This document shows, piece by piece, positions 1 to 14,107 of a stretch of DNA of 64,000 nucleotides. The notes under the pieces were generated by a model. That model saw nothing but the letters and a program-made list of their open reading frames with translations, did no database searches and was not told the origin of the DNA. Numbering within the stretch: the first letter of the stretch is position 1; each line of letters starts with the position of its first letter. Position numbers and translations under genes: made by a program. The stretch is from the human T2T-CHM13v2.0 reference genome, Homo sapiens, in NCBI RefSeq assembly GCF_009914755.1, contig NC_060933.1. One strand, given 5' to 3'.

Positions 1-96
1 CACCTCCCGGAGATCCCTCCCCCAACACATGGGGATTATAAATCTGATTATAATTCAAGATGAGATTTTGTGTGGGAATGGAGCCAAATTATATCA
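1..96 (-). mobile_element. MaLR (MST/THE1-type) LTR, partial, cut by window edge
   Basis: Ends 'caagatgagattttgtgtgggaatggagccaaattatatca', the reverse complement of the MaLR LTR start TGATATGGTTTGGCT...CCCACCCAAATCTCATCTTG. Confidence 0.8.
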
Positions 97-362
97 CTAG
101 AAAAGATAATATATATAATACATAAGTAAATTTTATAGTATACTAGCAGATGGTTAATTCTACTAACAAATACAGAAAGGTAAAGGATGAAAGGGATCTC
201 TTGCTTAAGAAAGGGATACACATTTATATGTGTTGATTTTAAGGAATCAACAAGGAATGATTAGCAAGACTTGAAGAGAAAGGAGAAGCCATGTGAGTCT
301 CTGGGGTGGAATGTTACAGGCAAAGATAAAAGCCAGGAAAAAGCAGACACTTCCTATATTCC

Positions 363-710
363 TGTATTCATCCATTTTTATGCTACTGATAAAGATATAC
401 CCCAGCCTGGGAAATTTACAAAAGAAAGAGGTTTAATGGACTTATGTTTCCACATGGCTGGGAAAACCTCACAATCATGGCAGATGGCCAGGAAGAGCAA
501 GTCACATCTTACATGGATGGCGGCAGGCAAAGAGAGAGCTTGTTCAGAAAAACTCCCTCTTCTTTAACCATAAGATCTTGTGGGACTTATTCACTATCAT
601 GAGGATGGGATGGCCTGCCACCATGATTCAATTATCTCCCACCTGGTCCCTCCCACAACACATGGGAATTCAAGATGAGATGTGGGTGGGGACAAAGCCA
701 TACCATATCA
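363..710 (-). mobile_element. THE1 (THE1B/C-like) solo LTR, ERVL-MaLR
   Basis: Runs from tgtattcatccatttttatgctactgataaagatatacc to gtggggacaaagccataccatatca; ~350 bp, TG...CA ends, typical THE1 internal text. Confidence 0.93.
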
Positions 711-1089
711 CCATCTCTGTGCAAATGCTCTCTCTCTTCTATTTACCTCTGCAATTCTAGCTAAATTTTCCTTTCTAAGCCCCAATCTTCAATTTCTCAA
801 TATACAGGGAGAGTTATCCTTTCTTTGGATTATCCTTTCACTGTGTCTTCTGGAAACTGAGAGAAAGCTTGGGATAAGTCAGATTTTATTTTTTCTTTTG
901 TCAGGGATCAGCATCCTCAGCTTCTTGTCAATGGTTAAAAAATCACTGTTGATTATATTTTGTCTGCAGTTAGTTTTTATTTGTGTGTGTGTGTTTTTGT
1001 TTTTTGTTTGTTTGTTTTGTAAAGAATTTAGTTTAGTTCCTCTTACTGTATCATGGTGAAGTACAGCTATCTTCAACCTATTTTTTCTG

Positions 1090-2620
1090 ACCAATCTTTG
1101 TCTTTATATTGATTTAACATTACTTTTTAAATTTAGTCTTAAAATTCTTACTTTAAATAGTAGTTTTAGACTACTTATATTTAATATTGTTATCTATATT
1201 TTGGCCTTAAATCTACTATCATAAAATTTATTTTCCATAAAATTTAATCTGTTCTTTATTACTATTTTCCACTTTTGATGCTTTATCTTGGATTAAGTGT
1301 TTAATTTTGAATTTTATTTTATTTCAATTAATAAGATTATTAGTCATATGTTTTTGCTTATTTTGTCCTGTTAGGTGCTCTAAGGTTTATACTATGTACC
1401 TTAACTTTCCAATAACATTAAAGTGACTGAATATTTTTGCCCTGATACCTAGAAAAAGACAAGCATGCTTGCTCTGATAAATTCTTTTGAAGCTTATACT
1501 ACACGTCTTAGCAATGCATTGAGAGAGGTAAGAATACATACAATTTAGAAAGAAAGATGTCTTTCTTCACAGATATTATTATATTCTGTGCAGAAAATAA
1601 AAAAGATATTTGCAAAAATGTTAGTAAAATTGTGTGTTTATCTAGATCACAGGATATAATAATAATATACAGAAATCCATTATATTTTGATAGATTTGCA
1701 ATGACCATTCATAATCTGAGATTTAAAAAAAAAAACAAGGAAAATAAGGGAGTGCTCAAATGCTAAGAAAGGCATGTTAAAAGAGCTGAGAAACTTGAAT
1801 AGTTCCTACTAGCAAAGTTAGCAAAACTGAATCAATAAAATAAGTAAAGGAACAGATCATGGGCCACTGAAAGAAATAGGAATCCATGGGTCCACGTGAG
1901 ATAAACCCATGAATTAATGAATGAATAAAAGAAGGAAACACTATTATTTTCCCACAGAGTGCCAACCAATAAAAGGAAAAGGGTTGATATTGTATGTTAA
2001 AAAATTATCATTTGAAAATCTTCACATTGTAATTTGATTGAGTGTTGAGGCATCAATGGATGCTAAACCTAGTGGGTAAATGTTGGAGAAGAAATGTATC
2101 TCTCCACAAAACACTTAATTTTAGATTAATTACATGTATATATACATGTATACAATAGATAGTCTATATATAAAATATCATTTCATGTCATGTTATATTA
2201 ATATAAAGAAAATGAGGAGTACCTCTGCAATAGAGAAATCTGGAAGACATTACCTTTCAAATGATCAAAATTAAAATCACCACTGATGGGAAAAATTAAT
2301 TTCATATATAACCTGAAGAAATATGATAAGAAGAGCATAGCACCATGTTGGTGATTTTATTGCCAATAATGCATGTCTTGACACCTCATTATGAGAAAAC
2401 ACCAGACAAATCGAAATTGGGAGACATTCTAAAAATAGAATCCATTGGAATATTACCTTCAAAAAATGTTTAGGATGCTATGAAGGGTGAAGAAGGACTA
2501 TGGAATGCTTCTGATTTAAAGAAGTTAAAGAGACATAGAAACCAGGAACAACACATTATCCTGAAGTGGATTGTTTTTTATAAAAAGCATCAGGGCAGTT
2601 TGTGAACTAGAATGGGTCCT
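1090..2620. mobile_element. Ancient L1M (L1MC/ME-type) fragments
   Basis: 2220-2600 resembles an L1MC-type 3' UTR on + ('gagaaatctggaagacattacc...attatgagaaaacaccagacaaatcgaaattgggagacattct'). 1090-1430 is a T-rich L1-like fragment, probably on -. Confidence 0.6.
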
Positions 2621-4671
2621 CTCTTGGTGATTGTTACATGACAGCTGTTTGCATCACCTTAGCAACTTAAAGATAAATTGTTTAAAGATAAATTGGCGTC
2701 GTTTCATACAAACATTAAAGAAAATGGTAATGTCCAACAGGCACAGAGTGCCCACCTAATTACTGTTCCAGGGGTCCTCAGAGGCTGTTTTCCTACTGTC
2801 TTCTTGATTTTTAAAATATATTTTAGTTGATTGGTTTTATTCATGCCATAATTGGTGGAAATTAATCCTTGATTCTATAAATTTTTACCTAGTCCGTTTC
2901 CAATGTTTTTTGTTTGTTTGTTTCTCTTTCCTTACTTATTTATTTATGCTTTTCTTTTACTTTTTTTGTAAAGTGGAATAAGTTAGGAATGAGTATATTA
3001 TGACCAACTAAACTGAGTAGTTTTATGTCAAGTTGCAAATTACGTTAAGTATCAAATATTTGATTTTTTTAGATTTCAAAATAGTCACGTTTTCAGAAAA
3101 AATCATTAGTAGTTTTCTAAAAATAAAATCCTCTTGATTCAACAAAACATACTTGATGTGGTTTTTCCTCCCAAAACAGGCTCCTCCTTGAGTTATTGGG
3201 AATAAGTAATGCTTCTCAATAAAGCTTTGTGTCAACAAATCTGAACATATAACATCTCAGCTAGAGCAAGTTACTAAAAATAGGCTCAATTTGTAGCTTG
3301 CAGTCATGCCTTCATATCCACTTTTCAATTAATCCTGCTTAATTCAGAGAATGTATAAATATGTAATTTTGCATGACTTTTAAGGCAGCCATTTTATTTT
3401 GAAACGCAACTAACGTTATATGCATAAATTCAATAAATATAAAGCTGTTTTCAAAAATTGAATGTTTTTACTTGTAAGTTATTCTTTCAATAATAATAAA
3501 GAGATGATCACTAGTCAGTTTATTTTTCATAGTTGAATTGATTTAGTTGAACTTCATTGGGTGTTCTTATGTTTTAGTCATGAGTCCATGCTCTTTAACA
3601 AGCTAAAGGAAACCATATTATATGCTAAAAGATGTCAGTTTGTGAACAATTTAATGAATATATAGAGTTACAACATTTTTCCCGATTGGATGTTGGGGTT
3701 TACTATAATTCTTTGTTACTTTATATGTGAATATACTCACTACTCACTATGTTTATGTATGTAGGAAACATGCTAGTGATGAAAATTCAAGCAGTTATTA
3801 CCCTAGTTTTCTTTCATTAACAAAATACAGAATAGAAATTATCTACTTATTCTTGGAGGTCTTAAAATATCTTTTCAGTTGACTGATAATTCTGCTATCA
3901 AGAGCTACAAGTAGGTGCTCTGGCCGTCTATATCTGTATTTCCATATATTCAATTCCTTACTATATATTTCTCATTTGATATTCTATACCCAATTCAAAC
4001 AAAACCATTTCATGTATACAATGTACTTTTATTTATGCTTTTCTCTATCATTAAGTAGAAAGCCATTTGCACTTTAGTCTAAATCTGAAATGTGCCTCTA
4101 CCTAACCTTTGTAATACATTTTCACTATTTCTTAGTTATTAGAATAAATTTACATAATTTCTGAAACAACTTTCTCTATGGAGTATTCCCTTTAGTTTCT
4201 TTTCCCTTCCAAACAATTTAATGAATTACAAATATGGGGGAGATATTTTTTCAATGGGTAAGACTTGACTTCTACAAATACATGTTTAATTCCTTCTCAA
4301 AATTATTTCTACTTCCTCTTATTCAACACTGTGCTAGATTTTAGGGATATATAATAAGACAATATATGAGGTCCTTGCTGTTGTGAAAGGTACATTCTTA
4401 TCTTTGGCAAATTGTAGAATCTTTAGCTTTGGTATGCAAGGGCATTGGTGTTTGGTACATGCTTGGCTCTTTGCCTTAAGAATTGCCTCTTTCCACCATG
4501 CATATTTCACCTGTGTGGGAATTCTTGCTGATCTCTATATTATTGGTAGCCATTTTGCTCCGACATTTTATACAAAGCTGAATCAGCAACAGTATGACTA
4601 AACACAACCAAAAAAGAAAGCTAGAAAGATTATATTAGACACTTACATGTATGGATCATTATGGTGAGGAC

Positions 4672-5108
4672 TGCTAAAAAACAAAACAAAACAAAAAAAA
4701 ACACCTTCAGCCAAAATAAATTTACAGTTTAATTGAGTAATGAATGATTCATAAATTGGAAAGCCCCCACAATCACAGCAGATTCAGAGAGACTCCAGGG
4801 GTGTCTCATGGTCAGAATGAATTTATAGACAACACAAAGTAAAGTGACGTATAGAAATCAGAAGTGAGGTACAGAAACAGCTGGATTGGTTACAGCTTGG
4901 CACTTGCCTTATTTGAACACTCAGCTGTACGCCACTAGTTGAAGTATGGCTGCTGGAATTGGCCAAGACTCAGCGATTGTTACAGGCGCATATTCCTAAG
5001 TTAGGTTTTAGTCTTGTGTACCTATTGAGTTAGGTTGCAGTTCATTCACAAGGACTGAAATATAGAAGTATGGCATTTTTCTCAGGCCATATTTAATGTG
5101 ATTTAACA
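4672..5108 (-). mobile_element. MER57-family solo LTR (ERV1, MER4 group)
   Basis: The reverse complement starts TGTTAAATCACATTAAATATGGCCTGAG and matches MER57 text. TG...CA ends with a perfect 4-bp TSD GGAC (4668-4671 / 5109-5112). Confidence 0.88.
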
Positions 5109-5409
5109 GGACTTTGGGTATGTCATTGTATTTTACTAATATATTTTACAAACACCCCATGTTATCTTAATCTATTTAAGTTCACACTTTTTAATCAAAT
5201 TTTACTTTAAATGTATCTAACCTCCTAAACTTCTGCCTTTGTGAACCAATAATACTTTTTCCAAATTCTTATTATAGCACATATCAGACTATATAGCTAT
5301 AGACACTTTGGCATCATTGTTTTCCCATACAAAACACAATACATTTAATGAATTAATGAATGATGCATCAGCAAAGAAGGTTTTACTGAAAGTAAGAAAA
5401 ATTATAAGC

Positions 5410-6750
5410 CAGTTTGGGTTTCCCAAGAATCAGACACCAAGATGGAATTACACATATAAGAGAGTAACCAGAGAAAACACCTTTGAAGAATAAAAAGAAG
5501 ATAGAGCAAAAGGAGGCTGCAAGAGCCTCCAGATCATGATGCAAGCCTGGCACCTCAAAACAAGAGAGAGCATGAAAGATAATTGGAAAGGAGGAGCCTC
5601 AGAGAAGAGTGCACATCTGAGAAATTGTCAGCCACACTGAAAGAGCACCAAAGTGAACTTTGACCTTTAGATGAGTCCATGTGGGACAAGAATGAAAAGC
5701 CCTATAATATCTTCCTTGCTCAGCATTGGCAGGGAGCAACCTAAGGAGAGCATGGCACCTGCATGTAAGCCAAAAATAAAATTCAATGTCCGTTAACCAA
5801 CTAAATGGGCCCTTTATCTTGGCCAAGGGCATTTTAAACTAAACCTGAAACAGTAATGGCCATGATGGAAATGGGTGGTTGAACATGCCTCGTTATTTAC
5901 TTTCATCCTTTCGGAATTCATGCATAGCTGAACAGTGTTAACATTAAAGTAGAGACTTAAGAATGACAAAACAGACTCTTCGTAGCAATAAGATATCAAC
6001 ATGACAGATAGCAGGCCTTGAAAGAAATCAAAGTATTTCACCACAAAAATACATTTCTTTGACATATTTTGAAATGGCCCTACAAGGCTGTTTCTGTGGG
6101 GAAAATCTCCATTTTGTAGAGAATCCCCTTCTCTTTCCAAGTCTTTTTCCTGATTTTTCCTGATTCCAAGTCCTTTTTCCTTTTTATGTCTGATAAAAAT
6201 CATTTACAATCTATTCTCAGTGAAGCCTGCTACCTGCAAGCTTCATCTGCATAAGAACCTTGGTCTCTAAAACACCTTATCTTAACCCATACACTCCTGT
6301 CTATTGATTCCGGTCTTTAGATAAATTATTTTAGCCAGTTGTCAAATGCCAATCAGAAAATCTTCGAATTCACCTTTAACCTGGAAGCCTTCACTCACCC
6401 CACCCCCACCTGCTTTGAGTTGTCTCACCTTTCCCAATTTTACCAATGTGTATCTTAGGTGTACTGATTGATGTCTTATGTCTCCCTCACATGTATAAAT
6501 CCAAGCTGTAGCCCAACAACCTTGGCACATGTTCTTAGGATCTCCTGGGCTGTGTGACAGGCCGAGGTCACTCATATTTGCCTCAGAATAAATCTCTTCA
6601 AATATTTCACAGAGTTTGACTCTTTTCTTCAACATGCATTACCACTGTAGTAGCTCTGAAGTGGTTGAGTTGGAGGTAACCCACCAACAACCCTCCTCAT
6701 GGAAATTTCTCTTGAATGAAAATATGGGAGGAGTAAATTCTTCACTGCCA
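5410..6750. mobile_element. Old ERVL-type LTR (LTR16/LTR33-like) split by the MER4 LTR
   Basis: Diverged LTR-like text at 5410-5763 ('cagatcatgatgcaagcctggcacctc...ggaggagcctcaga') continues at 6639-6750. Confidence 0.45.
5764..6634 (+). mobile_element. MER4-family (MER4D/E-like) solo LTR
   Basis: Starts TGTAAGCCAAAAATAAAATT and ends CAGAATAAATCTCTTCAAATATTTCACAGAGTTTGACTCTTTTCTTCAACA. Perfect 4-bp TSD TGCA (5760-5763 / 6635-6638). Confidence 0.92.
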
Positions 6751-7209
6751 AATACTATTTCAAATTCTTTCAAGCATAAGGTAAATCCATTATTTAACAT
6801 AAAAGTCAATCAAGAGGTAAAAAGAGGTCACAGTTTGCTTACGTATTTTCTGGCACTTCTTTGCTATTGGCTGTGTCACTTTTACCCTTAACATTTCTGC
6901 AAAAATGTCTGCAGACATTTAGGGTCATCATATTCAGATACAACCTTACCCAGAAGACCAAGAAAGAGACACCAAGAGAAACATTTATCTTAAAAACTCT
7001 TAAGGTAATTTGCCCTGATTTGCCTTTGTACTGAATTGGGCCATATGCGTATTTTTGTTCTTATTTTTGGCAAAGAATCAGGCTATACTTAGAGTAATCA
7101 CATCATACCTGAATCTGAAGACGAGACAGTAAACTTAGAGAAGTACTGAAGCCTTGGAAGCCTTGGATATATTGAATATGTTCTATTTTAGAAAGAAAAG
7201 GTGAGATAA

Positions 7210-7680
7210 TGTATGCTGGCAGTCAACCAACAGCATATGCTCCTAATGAACAACTGGAGAGTCATTTAAGTTCAATGTTGGGGATTTTATTAGAAACTGT
7301 AAGATGAACACACAATTCATTTTCTCTTTCCTTGTAAATTTGGACAATATTTGCTATATTCGCCTATATTTTGGCATAGAAATTTAGGTTCTAAGTATAT
7401 AGTAGTGATGTAGCCTTCTTACAGGGTCACATAGACCCAGAATTAATAATTTTTAACACTCTTTTTATTCTCTCTGGTTGGCTAACATTAAAACAATCCA
7501 CAGAAAACCCCCAAGAGCTATGTATTGAGGATGGCAAAACCACAGATGGGAAAATAATAAATCTTTGAATGACCCTGCAGGAAATCACAGATAGCATTCC
7601 TATTATTTAAGCAAGCAATAACTTTTATTGTTTTAAGAGTTGGAGGTTTAATTTTTTCAGCATTACTGTTACCACAATTA
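7210..7680 (+). mobile_element. Old MLT1-type MaLR LTR fragment
   Basis: Diverged MLT1-like motifs: 'tgaggatggcaaaaccacagatgg...ctttgaatgacc...aataacttttattgttttaag'. Confidence 0.45.
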
Positions 7681-9399
7681 TTACAGGAAATGAAACCAGT
7701 AAAAAAAAAATAGAGGGAACAAGGTTTATTGACATCTATGAGGCATTTTCTTTCCCCTAATATTACATACTCTAGATTTTATTTCTGCACAAAAAATATT
7801 CTCTATGTCTAGCCTAAAGAACTATGTCTTATTCATATTTATACTCTTCATAGATCAAAAGTGTGCTTAAAATACTGTACATTTAATGAGTTATTTTTGA
7901 ATGTAAGCAACTTTGAATTCATCTTTGCATTTTTAATCTTATGTTTCTATTAAATGTATTATTAAATTCTACTAACACTTTCCTCAAAATAATTCTCAAT
8001 ATTTTGGTTTTTAATTTTTTACTGCCTTTGCATTCTCCTGGCAGAGACCCATTTCACCTCTCCTATAGATTATTTCATAAAGATTTTATCGTCTGTATCA
8101 TATATATTTACAATATTAAAAGTTATCTGTAGCACGCTCTCATTGTTGCTTATAGATTAGGTTTGCTTCTCTATGTACTACTCTGGTAGGCAGTGGTTAA
8201 ATATACTGCTTTAAGCCTTTTCACAGTACCTTCTATAATATCATCATGCACAATTTTAGGCACACAGCAGAAAATCAATGAAACATATTTAATTGACTAA
8301 AAATTGAAAAACATTGGTATATATGTAGGACAGATACTGATATTTTTATAAGCCCAACTCTGAAATGGTGATGCATAAAAAGTTGATAATTCCTTTTAGC
8401 AGAAACTATTAATAGTCATTTTTCAACATAATGCAAAATATATTTGAGATTGATAAATATTTTAGAACTCAAGTGCAAGAAAGCCATTAAGGGAATCCCA
8501 CAATTTTTGTTGTTTCTAAAACCTAATATAATTTAAGATTATGAACAGCCTTCTTTCTCAGAAGAAAAACATATCACCAACCCACCACATTAAAAAAATG
8601 CATTATTCCAATCAATCTTGTTAATATACCATAGAAATTGAATTTTTAAAAAAAATTCAGAACTTTAAAAATAAATACTAACCGTAATAGCTCAATTAAA
8701 ATTATATCTATATTCTTGGAGGTTTTCAAATGCCATATCTAAAAACAGGATATAGTAAGGTATATCCAGGGATAAACTAGCTGTTAAAAAATAATTGATT
8801 GAGACCTGTTATTATTGGCTAAGTAAACTTCTCTTACCTTCCAAAACATGTTCCATTATTTCATAAGATCTAGAAATGATATCAAGTTTGAAATTTGTTG
8901 AAATGTTTTCCTATTGACCTACTTATAAATGGGTTATTTACATATTCAGCGTAATTACTTGTGCTTAAAACTGTTTTCAAGATAAATTTGAACTATGTCA
9001 TTGTTCATATAAAAGAAAGATGCTTCTTTTCAATTAATTTGTATTAGTTAATAATTCTACAAATTGTGTTTATTTCAATGGAGATTAAAGAATATAAAAA
9101 GAATAATGTTTCTGTTTTAGACTATACTTTATTAGTAAACCATTTGGGGGGTGGGGCAATGAGGATAAACTCCATCAAAGGAACATAAGTTAGAAAAGCT
9201 GTAACATAAACTTAGGTTATAAGTCTGAATTACCCTAGACAGTTAGTCTATGGAATATGAGACTGTATGCAGCCTCAGCTGGAAGCACTGCCCTTAAGCA
9301 AAGACCATGAAAGAGATGCTGAAATAATTATTCAGGCAGAAATTTAGTATAATATTTCTTTGGGAATGTTCTCCGATAGTTGGAAGTCAAAATAACAAG

Positions 9400-9770
9400 T
9401 AATTCTCACTTCCATTCTTTGTCTTCTCAATATACATCCCTATATCTTGCAAGGCATTTAGCAAATTAAAGTACATTTACCAGCCTCTTTGCACTTTGAT
9501 GAGTCAATGTAACTAATTTTTGGACGATAACGTGTGAACAGAAGCAATATTTGCAGCATCTAAAAGAAATGTGTGTGACCTTTTACCCCTGTTACCATGC
9601 TTTAGAATTCATAGCTGTTTTCAGCTATTTTGTATATAAAATAAGCATATAAAAGCGACAAAATAAATCAACATCGTAGAGCTATCGTGACATCACTGGA
9701 CTTCCCCTAAAACTTTTACATGAAAAATATGTGAATTATTTCAAGCTGCTCTACTTGTTTTTCATAGACT
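9400..9770 (+). mobile_element. Old MLT1J/K-like LTR fragment
   Basis: 'tacatttaccagcctctttgca...atgtaactaatttttggacgataacgtgtgaacagaagcaat' resembles the MLT1J/K core. Confidence 0.45.
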
Positions 9771-10139
9771 CTGTCATTAATTAATTTTTTATGTACCACT
9801 AAAAAGCATTTTAAAATGCCTCTAAACTATGGCACACTGCTAAATATTTTCTAGATGCCTCAAAAAAGTTTTTATATGCAGTAATTTTGTTTTACATACA
9901 CATGCACACTTAACTGATTTCAAGTTTTTTCAACTTTCATATGAAATTGAAAGTTGAAAAGGCACATGAAATGTCTTTTTGAAATTCCTAACTCAATTTA
10001 ATTTTTTTTTACATTTAGGTTTACCATACTGTTTTAACAAAATGCTCCGTATTTATTCTAATATTTTTAAAACTTTAGGAATAAATTAATATTTTGGATT
10101 GTTCTACAGTATTGTATCCTGAACTGGAACTTTTATTAC

Positions 10140-10420
10140 TGATTTATTAATTGAAATATGAAATATGATATGCACATGTGAAAAACACAGATCTTGAGCA
10201 TATAGCATTAAACATTTTTAGAACGTAAAATACTAATGTCATCACAACCTACATGAATATGAATTGAGTATTACTAGAATCCAGGAGTCTCTATTGTGAA
10301 CCTCCAATCATTACTATAGGCAACCACTGTTCTTACTTTTATCTTTATAAATTACATTTGCTTGACATTGAACTTCATAGAAATTGAACCATACAATAGA
10401 TATTAATTTCAATCTGGTTC
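10140..10420 (-). mobile_element. L1ME-type 3' fragment
   Basis: 'ggcaaccactgttcttacttttatc...ttgaacttcatagaaattgaaccatacaatag' is typical antisense old L1 3' end. Confidence 0.6.
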
Positions 10421-10439
10421 AAAAAAACACAACCAACAG

Positions 10440-10800
10440 CGTGGGTGTCAGTGTGATATTCTGTGCTGCTTCTCAGCTGAATCAATGGTGCTGACAGCTG
10501 CAATAGCAACAACAGTGTCTTCAGAAGTTTTACTGAGAGTTTGGAGTCCAGAGTTTCTGCCTAACGGCAGCTGCGCTCAAATAGGGCCAATGGTCAGTCT
10601 GGAATCATGGGACCCAGAATGCACCACCTTCTCCTACTCATTTTTCACAGTTAAGGATGGAAGTGGCTTCCTTCATTTGCTCATCATCTGGAGTAGCAGG
10701 CCCCTTTTGCTCTTTCAGTGTTTCTAACATTGTTGTAACCACGCCCCCAACCCCTGTATTATATTGTCTATGCTTTAAAAACTATATTGTGGACTTGAAT
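10440..10800 (+). mobile_element. ERVL LTR fragment (LTR33/LTR41-like)
   Basis: 'ggatggaagtggcttccttcatttgctcatc...ttgtaacc...ccctgtattatattg' resembles an LTR33-group 3' part. Confidence 0.45.
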
Positions 10801-10907
10801 AAAATTTATTTTCCCATTCCTGGTAAAAAATAATTGGGTCATTCTTTACTCATGTATCAATTCAAATTTCTAAGACTCTATTTATCTCTTCTCCTCAATA
10901 ATGTTTC

Positions 10908-11208
10908 TTTTTTCTTTTGCTTTTTTTTAGACGGGGTCTTGTGCTCTCACCCAGGCTGGAGTGCAGTGGCTGGAACACAGCTCACTACAGCCTTGACCTC
11001 TTGAATTCAAGTGATCCTCACACTTCAGCCTCCAGAGTAGCTTTGATGACAGGTGTGTGCCACCAGGCCCAGCTACTTTTCTTTACTTTTTGTAGAGACA
11101 TGGTCTTGCCATATTACCCAGGCTAGTCTCAGATCCCTGGGCTCAAGTATCCTCCTGCCTCCACCTCCCAAAGTGCTGGGATTATAGGCATAAGCCACCA
11201 TGCCCAGC
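10908..11208 (-). mobile_element. AluJ
   Basis: Full dimer with J-type 'ttgtagagacatggtcttgcc...gggctcaag'; near-TSD taatgtttct / taatgttttct. Confidence 0.93.
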
Positions 11209-11789
11209 TAATGTTTTCTATTTACCATAGCTTTTCACATATATATGTTATTATATATGTAATATACATATATAATATAGTATGGATGTGTATATACTAT
11301 ATTATTAACAATTAGATCTAAAATATAGAAAGAATTTTAATACCTTTATTTTCTGTACCTTCATAGTTAATCTCATATTTTCCAAATCTGTTAATGTGGC
11401 ACTGGTCAGTTATAGCTCCAAAGAATGAGCATCCACTTAATCTCATAACCAGGACCCAACCTGCAACATTAGTATTACAAATTAATTCCTAATTCCAGTC
11501 TCACTCTTTCATCACCAGTTCTATCTTTGCACACTTACTAATCCCAATTATTTTAAAGCAAGTTGCTTAACCTGCTGTGGCAGTTTTCCCCTCTCCTTCA
11601 ACTTTCTCTCCCTTTTTTTTTCTCCTAATAATACCCGCCAAGTAAGAATCCCTTTCATTACATACATCAAATAGCCACTTCTTCCAACAATTTTATTCAA
11701 CCTAAGTATTCAACCTAAGGGCTTAGATTCATGGTCTGTCCTTACAATGCCGTTCCATCTTTTTAAAGCTAATTGCAATGCACCTAGTC

Positions 11790-12415
11790 ATTTTTATTGC
11801 AGCACTATGTATGATAGCCAAGATACAGAATAAGCCTAAGTGTCTGGCAACAGATGAATGCAAAAAGAAAATGCACTATCTGTATACAATGAAGTACTCT
11901 TTAGCCATAAAAAATAAAATCTTGCCATTTATGACAATATGGATGAATCTAGAGGACATCATGGTAAGTGAAATAAGCCAGACACAGACAGACAAGTACA
12001 GCATGATCTCACTCATAAGTGGAGTCTAAAAAAAAAAGAAAATACAAACATTTAAAAAAGTTAATAGCATAGAAGCAGAGAGTAGAAAAATGTTACCAGA
12101 GACTAAAGACAGGAGGACGAAAAGAAGGATGAGGAAACTTTGATTGGTGGTATAAAATTACAACTAGATAAGAGCAAAAAATTCTGGTGTTCTGTTGCAC
12201 GTAGAGTAAGTATGGTTAACAGTGAAATATCGTATATTACAAAATAGCTTGAAGAGTTGTCTTCGAATGTTCTCACCACAAAGAAATGATAAATATGTAA
12301 GATAATAGATTCACTCTGAATGGATCATTATACAACATGGATAGGTATCCAGGTATGAAATTATACCCCATGAATATGTACAATTATTACATGTCAATTA
12401 ATAAATAAATAATAA
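11790..12415 (+). mobile_element. L1MA-type 3' end (ORF2 C-terminus plus 3' UTR)
   Basis: ORF 11778-12029 reads FIAALCMIAK...WMNLEDIMVSEISQTQTDKYSMISLISG (L1 ORF2 C-terminus), followed by an L1MA 3' UTR and an A-rich tail. Confidence 0.92.
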
Positions 12416-14107
12416 GATCACTAGATTTAATCGAGACTCTTATTGACTTGCTCTCATTTTAGAGTTTTAAAACTAGTCTGCCCTATTGCAAACTACCTAT
12501 TTTTAAAACTACTCTTCTCCTGCACAAAAATTTCTCAGTCTCCTTTCTCCTGAAAGAAAAATGACCTATTTAATTTACAAATATTTCAAAAATTAGTACA
12601 CAACATTTTATATATGAAAAGAATGCTGTAGACTGACTTGCAAATAACATTCTAAGATTCCCATTACCTTTAAGAGGAGTCAGCTGTCATTTTGGAAAAA
12701 TTAAGATTTCAACAATTTTACACATATTTTGAAAATAATTTTGATAATGAAAAATGTTCAATCTTAAATCGTGTAAATAAGTAAATAGAGAGGTAAAATA
12801 AAGAGCTTGATGTTTATGTGATATTGAGAAAAAATCTTTTTTAAAAGTAAAATACAGATTAAAATACAACTTTGTGCTTTAACTGAAGGGTGTCCCTACT
12901 CCCTGATGTGTTTGAGACTGTCACAAACCTGAACCCATTTGGACAATACATGAAATAATCATTTTGCATCATTTCACTATTGGGGAAATGATAACTTCTT
13001 ACATTAAATGAAAAAAAACTGAAAAAGTAGTATTACTTTGTCTTTTAAGTGGCAAGATAGGGTTGATATGATGCCGAAGTACAAACAGTAGGGACTAAGT
13101 GAGGATGGAGGATATATGAATAAATGTATCAAAAGTCAAGAGAAATGATAAAACAGACAATTCTGGGGAACAGTAGTAGAAGCTATGCATGGAATATGGT
13201 TAGACAGACAGTGATATTTACTTTTGAGTTTTGCTTATATATTTCTAACATTTCTTGATAGGACTGGCATTCTAACAGTTATTCTTATTGTTATAAATTC
13301 TTTTAAAAATACTTTTTCTCCAAACATCTCAGTTCAAATTATAGAGTTAAAGGAAACTATAGTAATAAAATAAAATATTAATTATTTCAAAAGAAAAAGA
13401 GAAAAATTTGTACACTTAATTTAAAATTGTTTTCAGTCTTATTTTTGCAAGCAATTTACCAATAGATTTGTAATGCACAGTAATGTTGAATGAGTATTGA
13501 AGCTATTGAAATACAGAAGTAAGTCAGTTTTTCATTATGCTGTGAGTGATGTCCTGAAACACATTAACTTGATATTTTATCTATTGTTTAATATCATTCC
13601 CCATGAATTACATATAATGGTAAGAGATTAATATCTTTGGGAGTACTGTAAATAATTATATAATTCAGCCAGGAATTACCTTGTTCATTTGCTAACATTG
13701 TTATATTCTTTCAAAAGCAAATAGCAAAAATAATTTTCAACTGACATACATATGGAATACTTACTCTTCAACTATCTCAAAATGCCCAGATTTTCTCAAT
13801 AACTTTCCTATTGATTTAATTATAGGCATTAGAAATGAGTATTCTAGTACAAGAATAAATAGTGTTGTCTCTCCTTCATCCCCCAGTACTCCTAAATATT
13901 TACTAAAAATCTCAATGCTAATCAATAGTGGAAGTATTTGGTGCCTAATGATGGCATTCCATTCCTTCCTTGAAGTCCAACACACAGAGTAATAGAAATC
14001 TCATGAATGTGATTGTGTGAGGTTGCTCATAATACTTGGATCTATAGAGAGAATCACTTAACAGACATTAGCTGAATCAGAAACTACTTCTCATTTCATT
14101 GAGTTCT

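Noticed and set aside
682-1059. 125-aa hydrophobic ORF starting in the THE1 LTR
   Set aside because: The hydrophobicity reflects T-rich low-complexity DNA; it has a GTG start, is antisense to the LTR, and has no homology I recognise.
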